A stretch of DNA of 64,000 bases from Acidobacteriota bacterium (GTDB taxonomy: Bacteria; Acidobacteriota; UBA6911; RPQK01; JAJDTT01), in the NCBI GenBank assembly GCA_965217775.1, contig CBDCJH010000002.1:5920001-5984000 (forward strand), given 5' to 3'. Shown piece after piece: positions 28,301 to 37,786 of this stretch. Position 1 is the stretch's first letter, and the number at the start of each line of letters is the position of its first letter. The notes under the pieces are model-generated. The model did no database searches and was not told where the DNA came from. It saw nothing but the letters and a program-made list of their open reading frames with translations. The position numbers and the translations under genes were made by a program.

Positions 28301-29824
28301 ATGCAGAGTAGAACCGGGCTTTCCCTGCTGGGCGGTTTGTTGTTTCTGACCGGCTCGGCCGAGGTTTCGGGCGGTGAGATTCGACACCTCGGCGGTCGGC
28401 TGCAACTGTTTCTGGATGACTGGCTCGTCGACTCCAGCGACAACATCCGCTGGGTACTCCACAGTCCCGAGCGCCGCGAGGCGGCGATTCGCGTCGACCG
28501 CCCCTGGGAAGACATTTACATGTACAACCCGGTGGTCATCAAGGACGGTCATCGCTACCGCATGTGGTATCGGGCCAAATACGTGGAGAGGCCCTTCCTG
28601 ACGGCTTACGCCGAGAGCCTGGACGGCATCCACTGGGTCAAGCCCAGTCTGGGTCTCATCGAATTCGACGGCTCCCGGGACAACAACATCATCTGGCCCA
28701 TTCCCGGGGCGGACGGGAGGTCGTTCTCCGTCTTCAAGGACGAGAATCCCGATGCGCGGGCCGACGCGCGCTACAAGGCCATTACCAATCTGAACGAGGT
28801 CACTGCGTCGGGGAAGCGGCGGGCGGTGATCTACGGACTCGCTTCTCCCGACGGCTTGCGCTGGCGCCATCTCCAGAAGGAGCCGATGGTGAAGGCCCTG
28901 GTGGAGGATCCCCAGTTCGATTCCCACAACATCGTCCTCTGGGACTCGGTCCGCCGGCACTACGCCATCTATGCCCGGGGCTGGTACCGGAAAGGCCTGC
29001 CTCCCCCGGGTTCGGAGCGGGTGGGCCGCACCGCGGACACCGTGACCATGAAACTCCCCTCGGGAGAGACCCGGGAACTGGTCCACATCCGGGACATCCG
29101 CCGCTACGTCTCCAAGGACTTCGCGAACTGGTCCGCGCAGGAGTACATCGGATTGGGCGAAGCGCCGTTGGAGCACCTCTACAAGAACTCCGCGACTCCC
29201 TACTATCGGGACCCGGGCCTCATCTTCATGTTCCCGAAGCGTTTCCTTCCCACCCGAAAAGCCGATCCGGACTGGGAACACGTCGGTCTTTCCGACATCG
29301 TATTCATGTTCAGCCGGGATGGCCTCAACTTCGACCGCCTTTACATGGAAGCCTTCCTCCGGCCGGGCCGGAACCCGTTGGCCTGGCACGAACGTTCGAT
29401 CCACGTGGGCACCGGCCTGGTCCCCACCGGAGAACGGGAGATGTCCCTCTACTTCATCGAGCATGGCAAGACCGCTCAGATGGTCATTCGGCGGGGAGTG
29501 TTGAGGGTGGACGGCCTGGCTTCGCTGCGGGCGCCCTATGCGGGAGGGACGGTCCTGAGCCGTCCCCTGACCTTTTCCGGTTCCCGACTGGTGCTCAACT
29601 ATTCCACCTCGGCCGCCGGCCAGATTCGGGTGGAGGTCCAGGACGAAGCGGGGGCGGCGTTGCCTGGATTCAGGATGCAGGACTGTCCCGAGATCTATGG
29701 GGATGAGATCGAGCGGGTCGTCTCCTGGCGGACCGGTTCCGACCTGACCTCCTTGGCGGGGCGCACCGTGCGTCTCAAGATCGAGATGAAGGATGCCGAC
29801 CTCTACTCCCTCCGGTTCCGGTAG
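28301..29824 (+). CDS. Secreted glycoside-hydrolase-like beta-propeller protein, paralog 1
   Basis: Signal peptide, QLFLDD, RPWE, YAES.DGIHW.KP.LG, FDS.N, C-terminal R.DG..SL...DADLYS.RF domain. Confidence 0.8.
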   Translation: MQSRTGLSLLGGLLFLTGSAEVSGGEIRHLGGRLQLFLDDWLVDSSDNIRWVLHSPERREAAIRVDRPWEDIYMYNPVVIKDGHRYRMWYRAKYVERPFLTAYAESLDGIHWVKPSLGLIEFDGSRDNNIIWPIPGADGRSFSVFKDENPDARADARYKAITNLNEVTASGKRRAVIYGLASPDGLRWRHLQKEPMVKALVEDPQFDSHNIVLWDSVRRHYAIYARGWYRKGLPPPGSERVGRTADTVTMKLPSGETRELVHIRDIRRYVSKDFANWSAQEYIGLGEAPLEHLYKNSATPYYRDPGLIFMFPKRFLPTRKADPDWEHVGLSDIVFMFSRDGLNFDRLYMEAFLRPGRNPLAWHERSIHVGTGLVPTGEREMSLYFIEHGKTAQMVIRRGVLRVDGLASLRAPYAGGTVLSRPLTFSGSRLVLNYSTSAAGQIRVEVQDEAGAALPGFRMQDCPEIYGDEIERVVSWRTGSDLTSLAGRTVRLKIEMKDADLYSLRFR

Positions 29825-29840
29825 GCGCAAGGAATTCTGA

Positions 29841-31490
29841 ATGAGTGCAGTGATGCGATTCCACCACCGAGTTGGGGCCGAAACCCAAGTGGCCGGCGTC
29901 GGGAGTTCCCGGGGGAGAAGGGCCTTCTTGAAGGCCGCGGGCCTCGGGATCTTTGCCGTTGCTCACGAACATCTGCGGGCCCAGGTTCGTGGCCATGAAG
30001 GCCCGGCCTGGTATCCGCTGGAGGATCTCTACCGTCGCATCCGGCGATTGGGCCGTGAGCATGGAGACTTTCTGAAGCTGGAGGATCTGGGCAGGAGCGT
30101 CCAGGGGCGTCCCCTGATCGCGGTCCGTCTGAGCGACTGGTCGATCGCGGACGAGCACAAGGAGCATGTGCTCCTCACGACGCTCCACTCGGGCGGGGAG
30201 CGGATCGGTCCCAGTGCCATATTGGAACTGGTGGAGTGGCTGCTCTCCGGGCATCCCCGGGCCCGGCGAATTCTCGCCCGCCAGCAGGTCGTGTGCATCC
30301 CCATCGTCAATCCGGACGGGTACGTGGCCGGCAGCTTTCACAATGCCAACGATCTGGACCCCTACAACAGCTGGACCTTGGAGGGTCCGGTGCAACCGGA
30401 AAAACATCCTGAGGCCAGTGCCGTCCAGCGGCTCATGGATGACCTGCAGCCCGAGGTGCACGGAGACCTGCACGGCTCCTTCCTGGAGTTCTACGGATCC
30501 ATCCACGCCGATACGGCGGCCGCTTACTCGAACGTCTCCCTGCGGCCGTATCATCACGAGATCATGCGTCTCATGAACGAGGCGGCTCTGGAGGAGGGCT
30601 ACCCTGCCGATTGGCTGGAGGAGGATTCGGAACGCATGTTCTGGGGCCCCGATCTGGAGCCGATGCGGGAGAAGACATGGAAAGGCCGGCCGCGGGTCTA
30701 TGCCGCCACGTATTGCTACAACCGCTACCACTCGCTGGTCACGGCCAACGAGAATGCGTGGGAACGAAGCGCGCTGCTCCGGTATCGCCGGCTGCTCGAA
30801 GTGGGGAACGAGGTCTGGCCGGGAGAGTATTACCCCGGGTACCCGACCCGGGTGATGATGGGCAACGACCTGCATCGCCTGACCGCCTATGGAACTACTG
30901 CGGGAGCCCGCCGGAGGAGCCGGGTGGAGCTGTGGAACAAGCTTCGTCAGCTCAGTTTCGGCTTCGACTGGCCGGAGGTCGAGGGCATGGCTCTTTGCGT
31001 CTGTGCCACCTCCCGGGAAGCGGCCCGCAAGTGGTTGGGGGACAACACCCTCCTGGACCTGCTCTCTCGAATCGAACGTCATCCGGGGATGAACCTGGAG
31101 CCCATCCGGCGGCTGGTCCATCGTCATCCCTTGGACGACGGCAAGCGCCCGGCGCGATTTCTGGTGGAGGGGGGAGGCGCCAAGTTCTACCGGCAGGACT
31201 CCGGACCCGACCGTCTGGAGGCGGGGGACAGTGGCCCCGTCCGTCACGGAATCTGCGTGCGGCTGCGAATCCCCTACCAGAACGCCCGCATCCTCGATCT
31301 CAGGCTCAACGGGCACGTCGTGGATCCGTCCCAAGCGGACGGTTACGTCACCTGGGTGGCCCGGGGGTTCACTCATGTCCAGATCGCCATTCCTCCCCGC
31401 ACGACACAGTCGGAGGAGATCTTCCTGGTGACCTGTGAATACGACCCCCGCGAGAGGCGCCGGCAAGGGAAGATCCGCTTCACGAACTGA
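29841..31490 (+). CDS. M14-family zinc carboxypeptidase-like protein with Tat signal
   Basis: RRAFLK twin-arginine motif; GRSVQGRPL, HSGGE, IPIVNPDGY, DLHG. Confidence 0.8.
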   Translation: MSAVMRFHHRVGAETQVAGVGSSRGRRAFLKAAGLGIFAVAHEHLRAQVRGHEGPAWYPLEDLYRRIRRLGREHGDFLKLEDLGRSVQGRPLIAVRLSDWSIADEHKEHVLLTTLHSGGERIGPSAILELVEWLLSGHPRARRILARQQVVCIPIVNPDGYVAGSFHNANDLDPYNSWTLEGPVQPEKHPEASAVQRLMDDLQPEVHGDLHGSFLEFYGSIHADTAAAYSNVSLRPYHHEIMRLMNEAALEEGYPADWLEEDSERMFWGPDLEPMREKTWKGRPRVYAATYCYNRYHSLVTANENAWERSALLRYRRLLEVGNEVWPGEYYPGYPTRVMMGNDLHRLTAYGTTAGARRRSRVELWNKLRQLSFGFDWPEVEGMALCVCATSREAARKWLGDNTLLDLLSRIERHPGMNLEPIRRLVHRHPLDDGKRPARFLVEGGGAKFYRQDSGPDRLEAGDSGPVRHGICVRLRIPYQNARILDLRLNGHVVDPSQADGYVTWVARGFTHVQIAIPPRTTQSEEIFLVTCEYDPRERRRQGKIRFTN

Positions 31491-31651
31491 AAATCACGAA
31501 TAATGGAAAGCGGAGAGACGAGATAGGTCTTTGAGGAGCCTGGTCCTTGGCAACCCCGGTTGCCCGGGGCTTGGGCTCATCACCACGGACTGTTGAGATT
31601 CCGCGTCGATCGATCCGCACGAGCTGACCCCATCGAAATAAAGGTTGAATC

Positions 31652-32863
31652 GTGGCTACGAGCGCGTCCAAGAACAGCATCATCGCCTTCCTCTTCGAAA
31701 ACTCCATCTTCCTGCTCGCCGGGGCCTTCGGCGCCCTGCTGTGGGCCAATCTGGACCACGACTCTTACCACCACCTGGTCCACCTGAAACTGTTTGAGGA
31801 CACGTTGTTCGGAACGTTGAAAGCCGACGGCACGCGGGTCCTCGACCTCCACTACTTGGTCAACGACATTCTGATGGCGTTCTTTTTCGCCATCGCCGGC
31901 AAGGAGGTCTGGGAAGCCACGCTTCCCGGAGGCCCCCTCAGCAGCCCCAAACGGGCCGCCGTTCCCCTTGTCGCCGCCGTGGGCGGAATGGTGGCGCCGG
32001 CCCTCATCTACCTGCTGGGAGCGGCACTGGTCGGGCGCTTCGGCGAACTCTCCAACGGCTGGGCCATTCCCTGCGCCACGGACATCGCCTTCAGCTACAT
32101 GGTGGCCCGGATCGTCTTCGGCGCCGGCCATCCCGCGATTCCATTCCTGTTGCTGCTGGCGATTGCCGACGACGCCATGGGCCTGCTGATTCTTGCGGCC
32201 TTCTACCCGCAGGGGGAAGTGCAGATGCTCTGGATGATCCTGGCCGTGGTGGGCGTAGGCGTCGCCTTCCTGTTTCAGCGCCTGCGCCTCCGCAGCTTCT
32301 GGTGGTATCTGGCCGTTCCCGGCACCCTATCGTGGATCGGGTTTGCGATGGCTGGCCTGCATCCGGCTCTGGGTCTCCTGCCCGTCATTCCTGCCATGCC
32401 TCACCACGACTCCGACAGGGGCCTTTTCGATTGGAAAGAGTTGGAGGCGACGGACACGCTGAACGAATTCGAGCATTGGTGGCAGAAACCGGTGGAATTG
32501 ATCCTGATGCTCTTCGGCCTCTTCAACGCCGGCGTATTGTTCAGCGCAGTGGATTCCCCCACCTTCCTGGTCCTGATCGGACTCCTGGCGGGAAAGCCGG
32601 TGGGAATCTGGGCCGGAGCCATGCTGGTCGCCAGAGGGTTCCGGTTGGGACTCCCCGAAGGGATCGGCACGCGGGACCTGGTGGTTGTGGGGTTCGCTGC
32701 CGCGATCGGGTTCACGGTGGCGCTTTTCGTGACGACCGTGGCGTTTCCGGTGGGACAGATCCAGGACGCCGCCAAAATGGGCGCGCTGGGTTCTTTCGCC
32801 GCCGCCCTGATCACTTACTGCGTGGCCCGGGCCACAGGCGTCACGCCGAGCACTGCGAAGTAG
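31652..32863 (+). CDS. nhaA: Na+/H+ antiporter NhaA
   Basis: VNDILMAFFF, AAVGGMVAPALIY, GWAIPCATDIAF, LAIADD, GKPVGI, IGFTVALF. Confidence 0.93.
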   Translation: MATSASKNSIIAFLFENSIFLLAGAFGALLWANLDHDSYHHLVHLKLFEDTLFGTLKADGTRVLDLHYLVNDILMAFFFAIAGKEVWEATLPGGPLSSPKRAAVPLVAAVGGMVAPALIYLLGAALVGRFGELSNGWAIPCATDIAFSYMVARIVFGAGHPAIPFLLLLAIADDAMGLLILAAFYPQGEVQMLWMILAVVGVGVAFLFQRLRLRSFWWYLAVPGTLSWIGFAMAGLHPALGLLPVIPAMPHHDSDRGLFDWKELEATDTLNEFEHWWQKPVELILMLFGLFNAGVLFSAVDSPTFLVLIGLLAGKPVGIWAGAMLVARGFRLGLPEGIGTRDLVVVGFAAAIGFTVALFVTTVAFPVGQIQDAAKMGALGSFAAALITYCVARATGVTPSTAK

Positions 32864-32885
32864 AAGTCGTTCCGCGGCTTTCGGC

Positions 32886-34349
32886 TCACGCCAGCAGGGG
32901 CTTCACCACTTCACCGTGGATGTCGGTGAGCCGATAGTGGCGTCCCTGGAACTTGAAGGTGAGCCGGGAGTGGTCGATTCCCAGGCAATGGAGGACCGTC
33001 GCCTGGAAATCGTGGACGTGGACCGGATCCTTCACCACGTTGTAGCTGAAGTCGTCGGTCTCGCCGTAGCTGATCCCGGGACGGATGCCGCCTCCCGCCA
33101 TCCACATGGTGAAGCAGCGGGGATGGTGGTCGCGCCCGTAGTTGTCCTCGGTGAGCCGGCCTTGGCAATAGACGGTTCGCCCGAACTCGCCCCCCCAGAT
33201 GACCAGGGTCTCGTCCAGCAATCCCCTCTGCTTCAGGTCGGTGACCAGCGCCGCCGAGGCCTGATCCGTGTCCTCGCACTGTCCCCGAATCTGGGCCGGC
33301 AGGTTGTTGTGCTGGTCCCAACCCCGGTGGTAGAGCTGCACGAAGCGGACGCCCGCTTCGCTGAGTCGCCGGGCCAGGAGGCAGTTGGCGGCGTAGGTTC
33401 CCGGCTTTCCGGAGTCGGGCCCGTAGAGCTCGAAGATATGGTCCGGCTCGTTCGAGACGTCGGTCAGCTCGGGGACCGAGAGCTGCATCTTGTAGGCCAT
33501 CTCGTATTGGCTGATCCGGGTCGTGATCTCGGGGTCGCCGAGAGATTCGGCTCGCATCCGGTTCAGCTCACCGATCCCGTCCAGCATCCGTCTCCGGCTC
33601 CGGTGGTCCACGCCGGGCGGGTTGGACAGGTACAGGACCGGGTCCCCGACGCCCCTGAATTTGACGCCCTGATGGTCCGAGGGAAGGAAACCGGCCCCCC
33701 AGAGGCGGGAGAAGATGGGCTGGGGATTGGTCTTGATCCTGCCGATGGAGACCATCACGACGAAGCTGGGAAGGTCCTGGCTCTCGCTTCCCAGTCCGTA
33801 GCTCAGCCACGCACCCAGGCTGGGACGGCCCGGCTGCTGACTTCCGGTCTGGAAGAAGGTGATGCCCGGATCGTGATTGATGGCTTCGGTGTGCAGGGTC
33901 TTGACGACGGCGATGTCGTCTGCGATCCGGCCGGTGTGGGGCAAGAGTTCGCTCACCCAGGCGCCCGACTCCCCGTGCCGGGCAAACTTGAAGATGGACG
34001 GAGCCACGGGGAGGGTTTTCTGCCCCGAGGTCATGCCGGTGATTCTCTGGCCCCGGCGCACCGAATCGGGCAGGTCCGTCCCCCGATGTTTCTCCAACTG
34101 AGGCTTGTGGTCGAACAGGTCCATCTGAGCCGGCGCGCCCGACTGGAAGAGGAAGATGACCCGTTTCGCTTTGGGAGCAAAGTGAGGCAGGTCAGGCCGG
34201 ATCCCGGTTAGAGACGCCTTATCGGTCCGACCGGAGAACAGATGGGGATTCAGAATCGAGGCCAGGGCGGCCGTGCCGATGCCGGTGCTGGTTCGGCCGA
34301 AGAACTGGCGCCGAGTGATCTCGAGTCGCAATCGGGTTTCCGGGTCCAC
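32886..34349 (-). CDS. DUF1501 (planctomycete-type, sulfatase-like) Tat-exported protein
   Basis: TRRQFF, HFAPKAKRVIFLFQSGAP, NCLLARRL, WDQH, WGGEFGRT, GRDHHP. Confidence 0.9.
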   Translation of the reverse strand: MDPETRLRLEITRRQFFGRTSTGIGTAALASILNPHLFSGRTDKASLTGIRPDLPHFAPKAKRVIFLFQSGAPAQMDLFDHKPQLEKHRGTDLPDSVRRGQRITGMTSGQKTLPVAPSIFKFARHGESGAWVSELLPHTGRIADDIAVVKTLHTEAINHDPGITFFQTGSQQPGRPSLGAWLSYGLGSESQDLPSFVVMVSIGRIKTNPQPIFSRLWGAGFLPSDHQGVKFRGVGDPVLYLSNPPGVDHRSRRRMLDGIGELNRMRAESLGDPEITTRISQYEMAYKMQLSVPELTDVSNEPDHIFELYGPDSGKPGTYAANCLLARRLSEAGVRFVQLYHRGWDQHNNLPAQIRGQCEDTDQASAALVTDLKQRGLLDETLVIWGGEFGRTVYCQGRLTEDNYGRDHHPRCFTMWMAGGGIRPGISYGETDDFSYNVVKDPVHVHDFQATVLHCLGIDHSRLTFKFQGRHYRLTDIHGEVVKPLLA

Positions 34350-34354
34350 GCTAC

Positions 34355-37300
34355 TCACTCCCGGGTAATGGTTTCGTCCAGGTTCAGAATGCTGCCGGTC
34401 ACGGTGGTCCATGCGGCCAGCTCCACCGGGTCCAGGCTCGGATCGAAGGGGGATTCGCCCACCTCGATCAGACGCCGGGCCGCCTCGGGATCCGACCTGT
34501 AATAGCTTCGCTGCTGCTGGAGGATCCGGTCCAGGATCGGGGTCTCCCGAGAGTTGGGTGCCCGTCCCGTGGCCAGACGGAAAGCAAAGTGGATCCGATC
34601 CTCCGTGTCCGAAGCCGTTCCTCTCAGAGTGTGTTGGGCCAGGGATCGGGCCGCCTCCACGTAAGTCGGGTCGTTCAGCAGGATCAACGCCTGCAGCGGA
34701 GTGTTGGTCCGCGGCCGCCGCATGGTGCAGGTTTCCCGGTCGGGTGCGTCGAATGCCATCAATGTCGGCGGAGGAATCGTCCGCTTCCAGAAGGTGTAGA
34801 GGCCACGGCGGTAGAGGTTCTCGCCCTCTCCTTGGACATACTCCTGGGCCGTGTACTTCTCGCCGTAGGCCATCTCCTTCCACAAACCGGGGGGCTGGTA
34901 AGGAAAGACGCTGGGTCCACCGATCGTGTTCACCAGAAGGCCGCTGGCCCTCAAGGCGTTGTCACGAACCAGCTCGGCCGGGAGCCGGAACCTGGAGGCC
35001 CGCGCCAGCAGCCGGTTTTCCGGGTCCCGCTTCAACAACTCGGGCGTGACGCGGGAACTCTGGCGGTAGGTGGCGGACGTGACCAGGAGCCGCTGCAGAC
35101 CTTTCACGTCCCAGCCCGAGGCCACGAACTCGGTGGACAGCCAGTCCAGAAGTTCCGGGTGACTGGGCTGATCTCCCTGGGAGCCGAAGTTCTCCGCCGA
35201 CTTGACGAAGCCGATGCCGTAGTACATCTGCCAGAATCGGTTTACGGTGACCCGGGCCGTCAACGGGTGGTCCGGGTCGACCAGCCATCGGGCCAGGCCC
35301 AGACGGTTCGGAGAGGCATCTTGCGGAAACGGCGGCAGCGCCGCCGGGACTCCCGGCTCCACCTTCTCCCCTCGATTGCGGTAGTCTCCCCGATCCAGGA
35401 CGACCGTATCCCGCGGCTCCCCCATTTCCTCCATCACCATGATGGTGGGAACGGTTGCCTGTAGCTCCTGCTCTTCCCGGCGAAGGGCCTCCTGTTCCCG
35501 GTGCAGTTCCCGATAGAGGGCAGGTGCATCTCGCTCCATGTAGAACCGGAACAGATCCTCCTGCTTCTGCTCGGTCCGCTCCTCTTCCGGCTCCTGCAGG
35601 ATGGCTCGGATGGGATGATAGACGGCCAACTGCTCCACTTCGTTCGCTGTCAGGTTCCGATCGTAGATGCGCACCTCGTCCATCTGGCCGTCGAACATCC
35701 CCTTGGCGTGGCGCCGGCCCAGAAGCAGCGGCCGTTCGGTTCTGATGGAACCGGTCAGGCTGGCGTGCAGGGCCTCGACTTCCTGACGCCTCCCGTCCAG
35801 GTAGAGGGCCACGCCGGAAGCTCTGCCGGAACCGTCGTAGGTGAGGGCCAGGTGATGCCATTCGTTCAAGGAAACAGGGGTAAGCGTCCGAACCTTGACG
35901 GCGTTGTCGGGCCAGGCATGAACCAGGTGCGCCATGAGCAGGGGGCCGCTGTACTTGGGACCGTCATGCTCTTTGAAGTCGCCCACGAAGAGGTCATATC
36001 CGCGGAGCCCCTCCACATCGTCCATGCGGGCGACGATGGCCTGGTCCCCTTCGTTCCTGAGACGAACCCAGGCCAGCAGAGAGAAGGCGTCGGTCCGCTC
36101 GAAGCCACCCAGGTCGCCGAGGTTCACATGGGTCCGGGTGGTGAACTTGAAAGCGCCGCCGACTTTTCCCTCGGTCGGCACCAGTTCCTCGCCTCTGGGT
36201 TTCCCGTGACGATAGTGGCCGCTGGTGTCCGAGGTGTGGTGGTCCAATTCGTAGTGGGCCAGGAGGCCCTGGCGTGGACTCTCGCGGAGCTTGGCCAGTG
36301 TGGGCGCCTCCCACTCCCGTACCAGGGACTTCAAGCGGCTTTCCGGCATCCGGGTCTCGATGGCTTCCAGCCTTTCCCGCAACTTCCGCAGGCGCGTCGC
36401 CTGTTCGGGATAGGGCAATTGCATGACCGGAGCCGCGTTGCCTTTTCGGCCGTCCAAGCCCTTTTCGGGGATGGTGTTGAAGAAGGCCGAAAAGCGGTAG
36501 AACTCCCGCTGCCGAATCGGGTCGTACTTGTGGTCGTGGCAGCGGGCGCACCCCATGGTCAGGCCCATCCAGACCGTCGACGTGGTGTTGACCCGGTCGA
36601 CCACGTACTCCAACTGGTACTCCTCGGGAATGGCGCCGCCCTCGAAGTTGATCATGTGATTGCGATTGAATCCGGTGGCCAGCTTTTGTTGAGCCGTGGC
36701 GCCCGGGAGAAGGTCGCCGGCCAGTTGCTCGATGGTGAACTCGTCGAAGGGCTGGTTCCGGTTGAAGGAGTCGATGACCCAGTCCCGCCAGAGCCACATG
36801 TCCCGGTGGCTGTCGATGTGGTAGCCGTGGGTGTCCGCGTAGCGGCTGGAGTCGAGCCACTCCAGGGCCATCCGCTCCCCGTAACGCCGGGAGGAGAGGA
36901 GCCGTTCCACCACCCTTTCGTAGGCTCCGGGGCTCCGGTCCGCCCGGAACGCGTCCACCTCCTCCGGCGTTGGAGGCAGTCCGGTCAGGTCCAGAGTCAC
37001 CCGGCGGATCAAGGTGACGCGGTCGGCTTCGGGTGATGGTTCCAGCCCCTCGCTTTCGAGTCGGGCCAGGATGAACCGGTCGACGGGGTTGCGGACCCAG
37101 GAGACGCGCTTCACCTGCGGAAGAGGCGGCCGGCGAGGCTTGACGAAGGCCCAGTGGTCTTTGGCCTCGGCGCCTTCGCTGATCCAACGGCGGATGAGGT
37201 CGATCTGGTTCTGGTTCAGCTTCCGGTCGAATCCGGGCGGCGGCATCCGCGCCGCCTCGTGCTCCGCCGATATTCTCTGGTACATACGGCTCGATTCAGC

Positions 37301-37579
37301 GTCTCCCGGAGTGACGATCTTGTAGCCGTCCCGGTCCTGGAACAGCCCGTCCTTCGAATCCAGGCGCAGACCCGCCTGTCTCACCTTTTCGTCCGGACCG
37401 TGGCAAGCGAAACAGTGGTCCGAGAGGATGGGGCGTATCTGGCGGCTGTAGTCGACGCCGCCGGCCGCCGCCTCGGCTTGAGCCGGTGGCAGAAATGCAC
37501 CGGAAGCCATCAACCCCGCCAGAACCGCCGCCCTCACCGTCAGTTCCGCAATGCTCTTCCTGCCGTCTGATTGCTTCAT
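34355..37579 (-). CDS. PSD1/DUF1553-DUF1549 planctomycete cytochrome c protein with LamG-like insert
   Basis: CFACHGPD and CARCHDHKYDP heme-type motifs, LIRRVTLDLTGLPP, WHHLALTYDG (LamG), HPLTARV.VNR.W, TNTPLQAL. Confidence 0.92.
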   Translation of the reverse strand: MKQSDGRKSIAELTVRAAVLAGLMASGAFLPPAQAEAAAGGVDYSRQIRPILSDHCFACHGPDEKVRQAGLRLDSKDGLFQDRDGYKIVTPGDAESSRMYQRISAEHEAARMPPPGFDRKLNQNQIDLIRRWISEGAEAKDHWAFVKPRRPPLPQVKRVSWVRNPVDRFILARLESEGLEPSPEADRVTLIRRVTLDLTGLPPTPEEVDAFRADRSPGAYERVVERLLSSRRYGERMALEWLDSSRYADTHGYHIDSHRDMWLWRDWVIDSFNRNQPFDEFTIEQLAGDLLPGATAQQKLATGFNRNHMINFEGGAIPEEYQLEYVVDRVNTTSTVWMGLTMGCARCHDHKYDPIRQREFYRFSAFFNTIPEKGLDGRKGNAAPVMQLPYPEQATRLRKLRERLEAIETRMPESRLKSLVREWEAPTLAKLRESPRQGLLAHYELDHHTSDTSGHYRHGKPRGEELVPTEGKVGGAFKFTTRTHVNLGDLGGFERTDAFSLLAWVRLRNEGDQAIVARMDDVEGLRGYDLFVGDFKEHDGPKYSGPLLMAHLVHAWPDNAVKVRTLTPVSLNEWHHLALTYDGSGRASGVALYLDGRRQEVEALHASLTGSIRTERPLLLGRRHAKGMFDGQMDEVRIYDRNLTANEVEQLAVYHPIRAILQEPEEERTEQKQEDLFRFYMERDAPALYRELHREQEALRREEQELQATVPTIMVMEEMGEPRDTVVLDRGDYRNRGEKVEPGVPAALPPFPQDASPNRLGLARWLVDPDHPLTARVTVNRFWQMYYGIGFVKSAENFGSQGDQPSHPELLDWLSTEFVASGWDVKGLQRLLVTSATYRQSSRVTPELLKRDPENRLLARASRFRLPAELVRDNALRASGLLVNTIGGPSVFPYQPPGLWKEMAYGEKYTAQEYVQGEGENLYRRGLYTFWKRTIPPPTLMAFDAPDRETCTMRRPRTNTPLQALILLNDPTYVEAARSLAQHTLRGTASDTEDRIHFAFRLATGRAPNSRETPILDRILQQQRSYYRSDPEAARRLIEVGESPFDPSLDPVELAAWTTVTGSILNLDETITRE

Positions 37580-37691
37580 GGAGACTCCGATGCCGGTGTC
37601 GAATCCGTCCGGGCCCGGTCGGCTCCTGGGAACGCTCCCCAAGGCCGTGCCAAGAGTGTACGCCCGTGGAAGTCTGCCCGGCAACCCGCGG

Positions 37692-37746
37692 ATACATTGA
37701 GGCTTCAATCTATCTTCACGGCTTCTTGAAACACGCCACGTACACT
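37692..37746 (+). promoter_or_regulatory. Candidate PhoB/OmpR-type direct-repeat box plus -10 element
   Basis: ATACA (37692), CTTCA (37703), CTTCA (37714), CTTGA (37725) at exact 11-bp spacing, then TACACT at 37741-37746 and a GGAGGAGG RBS before ATG 37787. Confidence 0.5.
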
Positions 37747-37786
37747 CCCAGCGGTTCTTTTCCGTGTCGAGGGAGGAGGACTGCGC

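Noticed and set aside
26993-29830. 945-aa minus-strand ORF
   Set aside because: Antisense shadow of two well-supported plus-strand genes
31491-31651. Possible nhaA-associated (Na+/Li+) riboswitch upstream of nhaA
   Set aside because: GC hairpins are present but I cannot match a riboswitch consensus by eye; part of the region is a family B TIR remnant; needs an Infernal/Rfam scan
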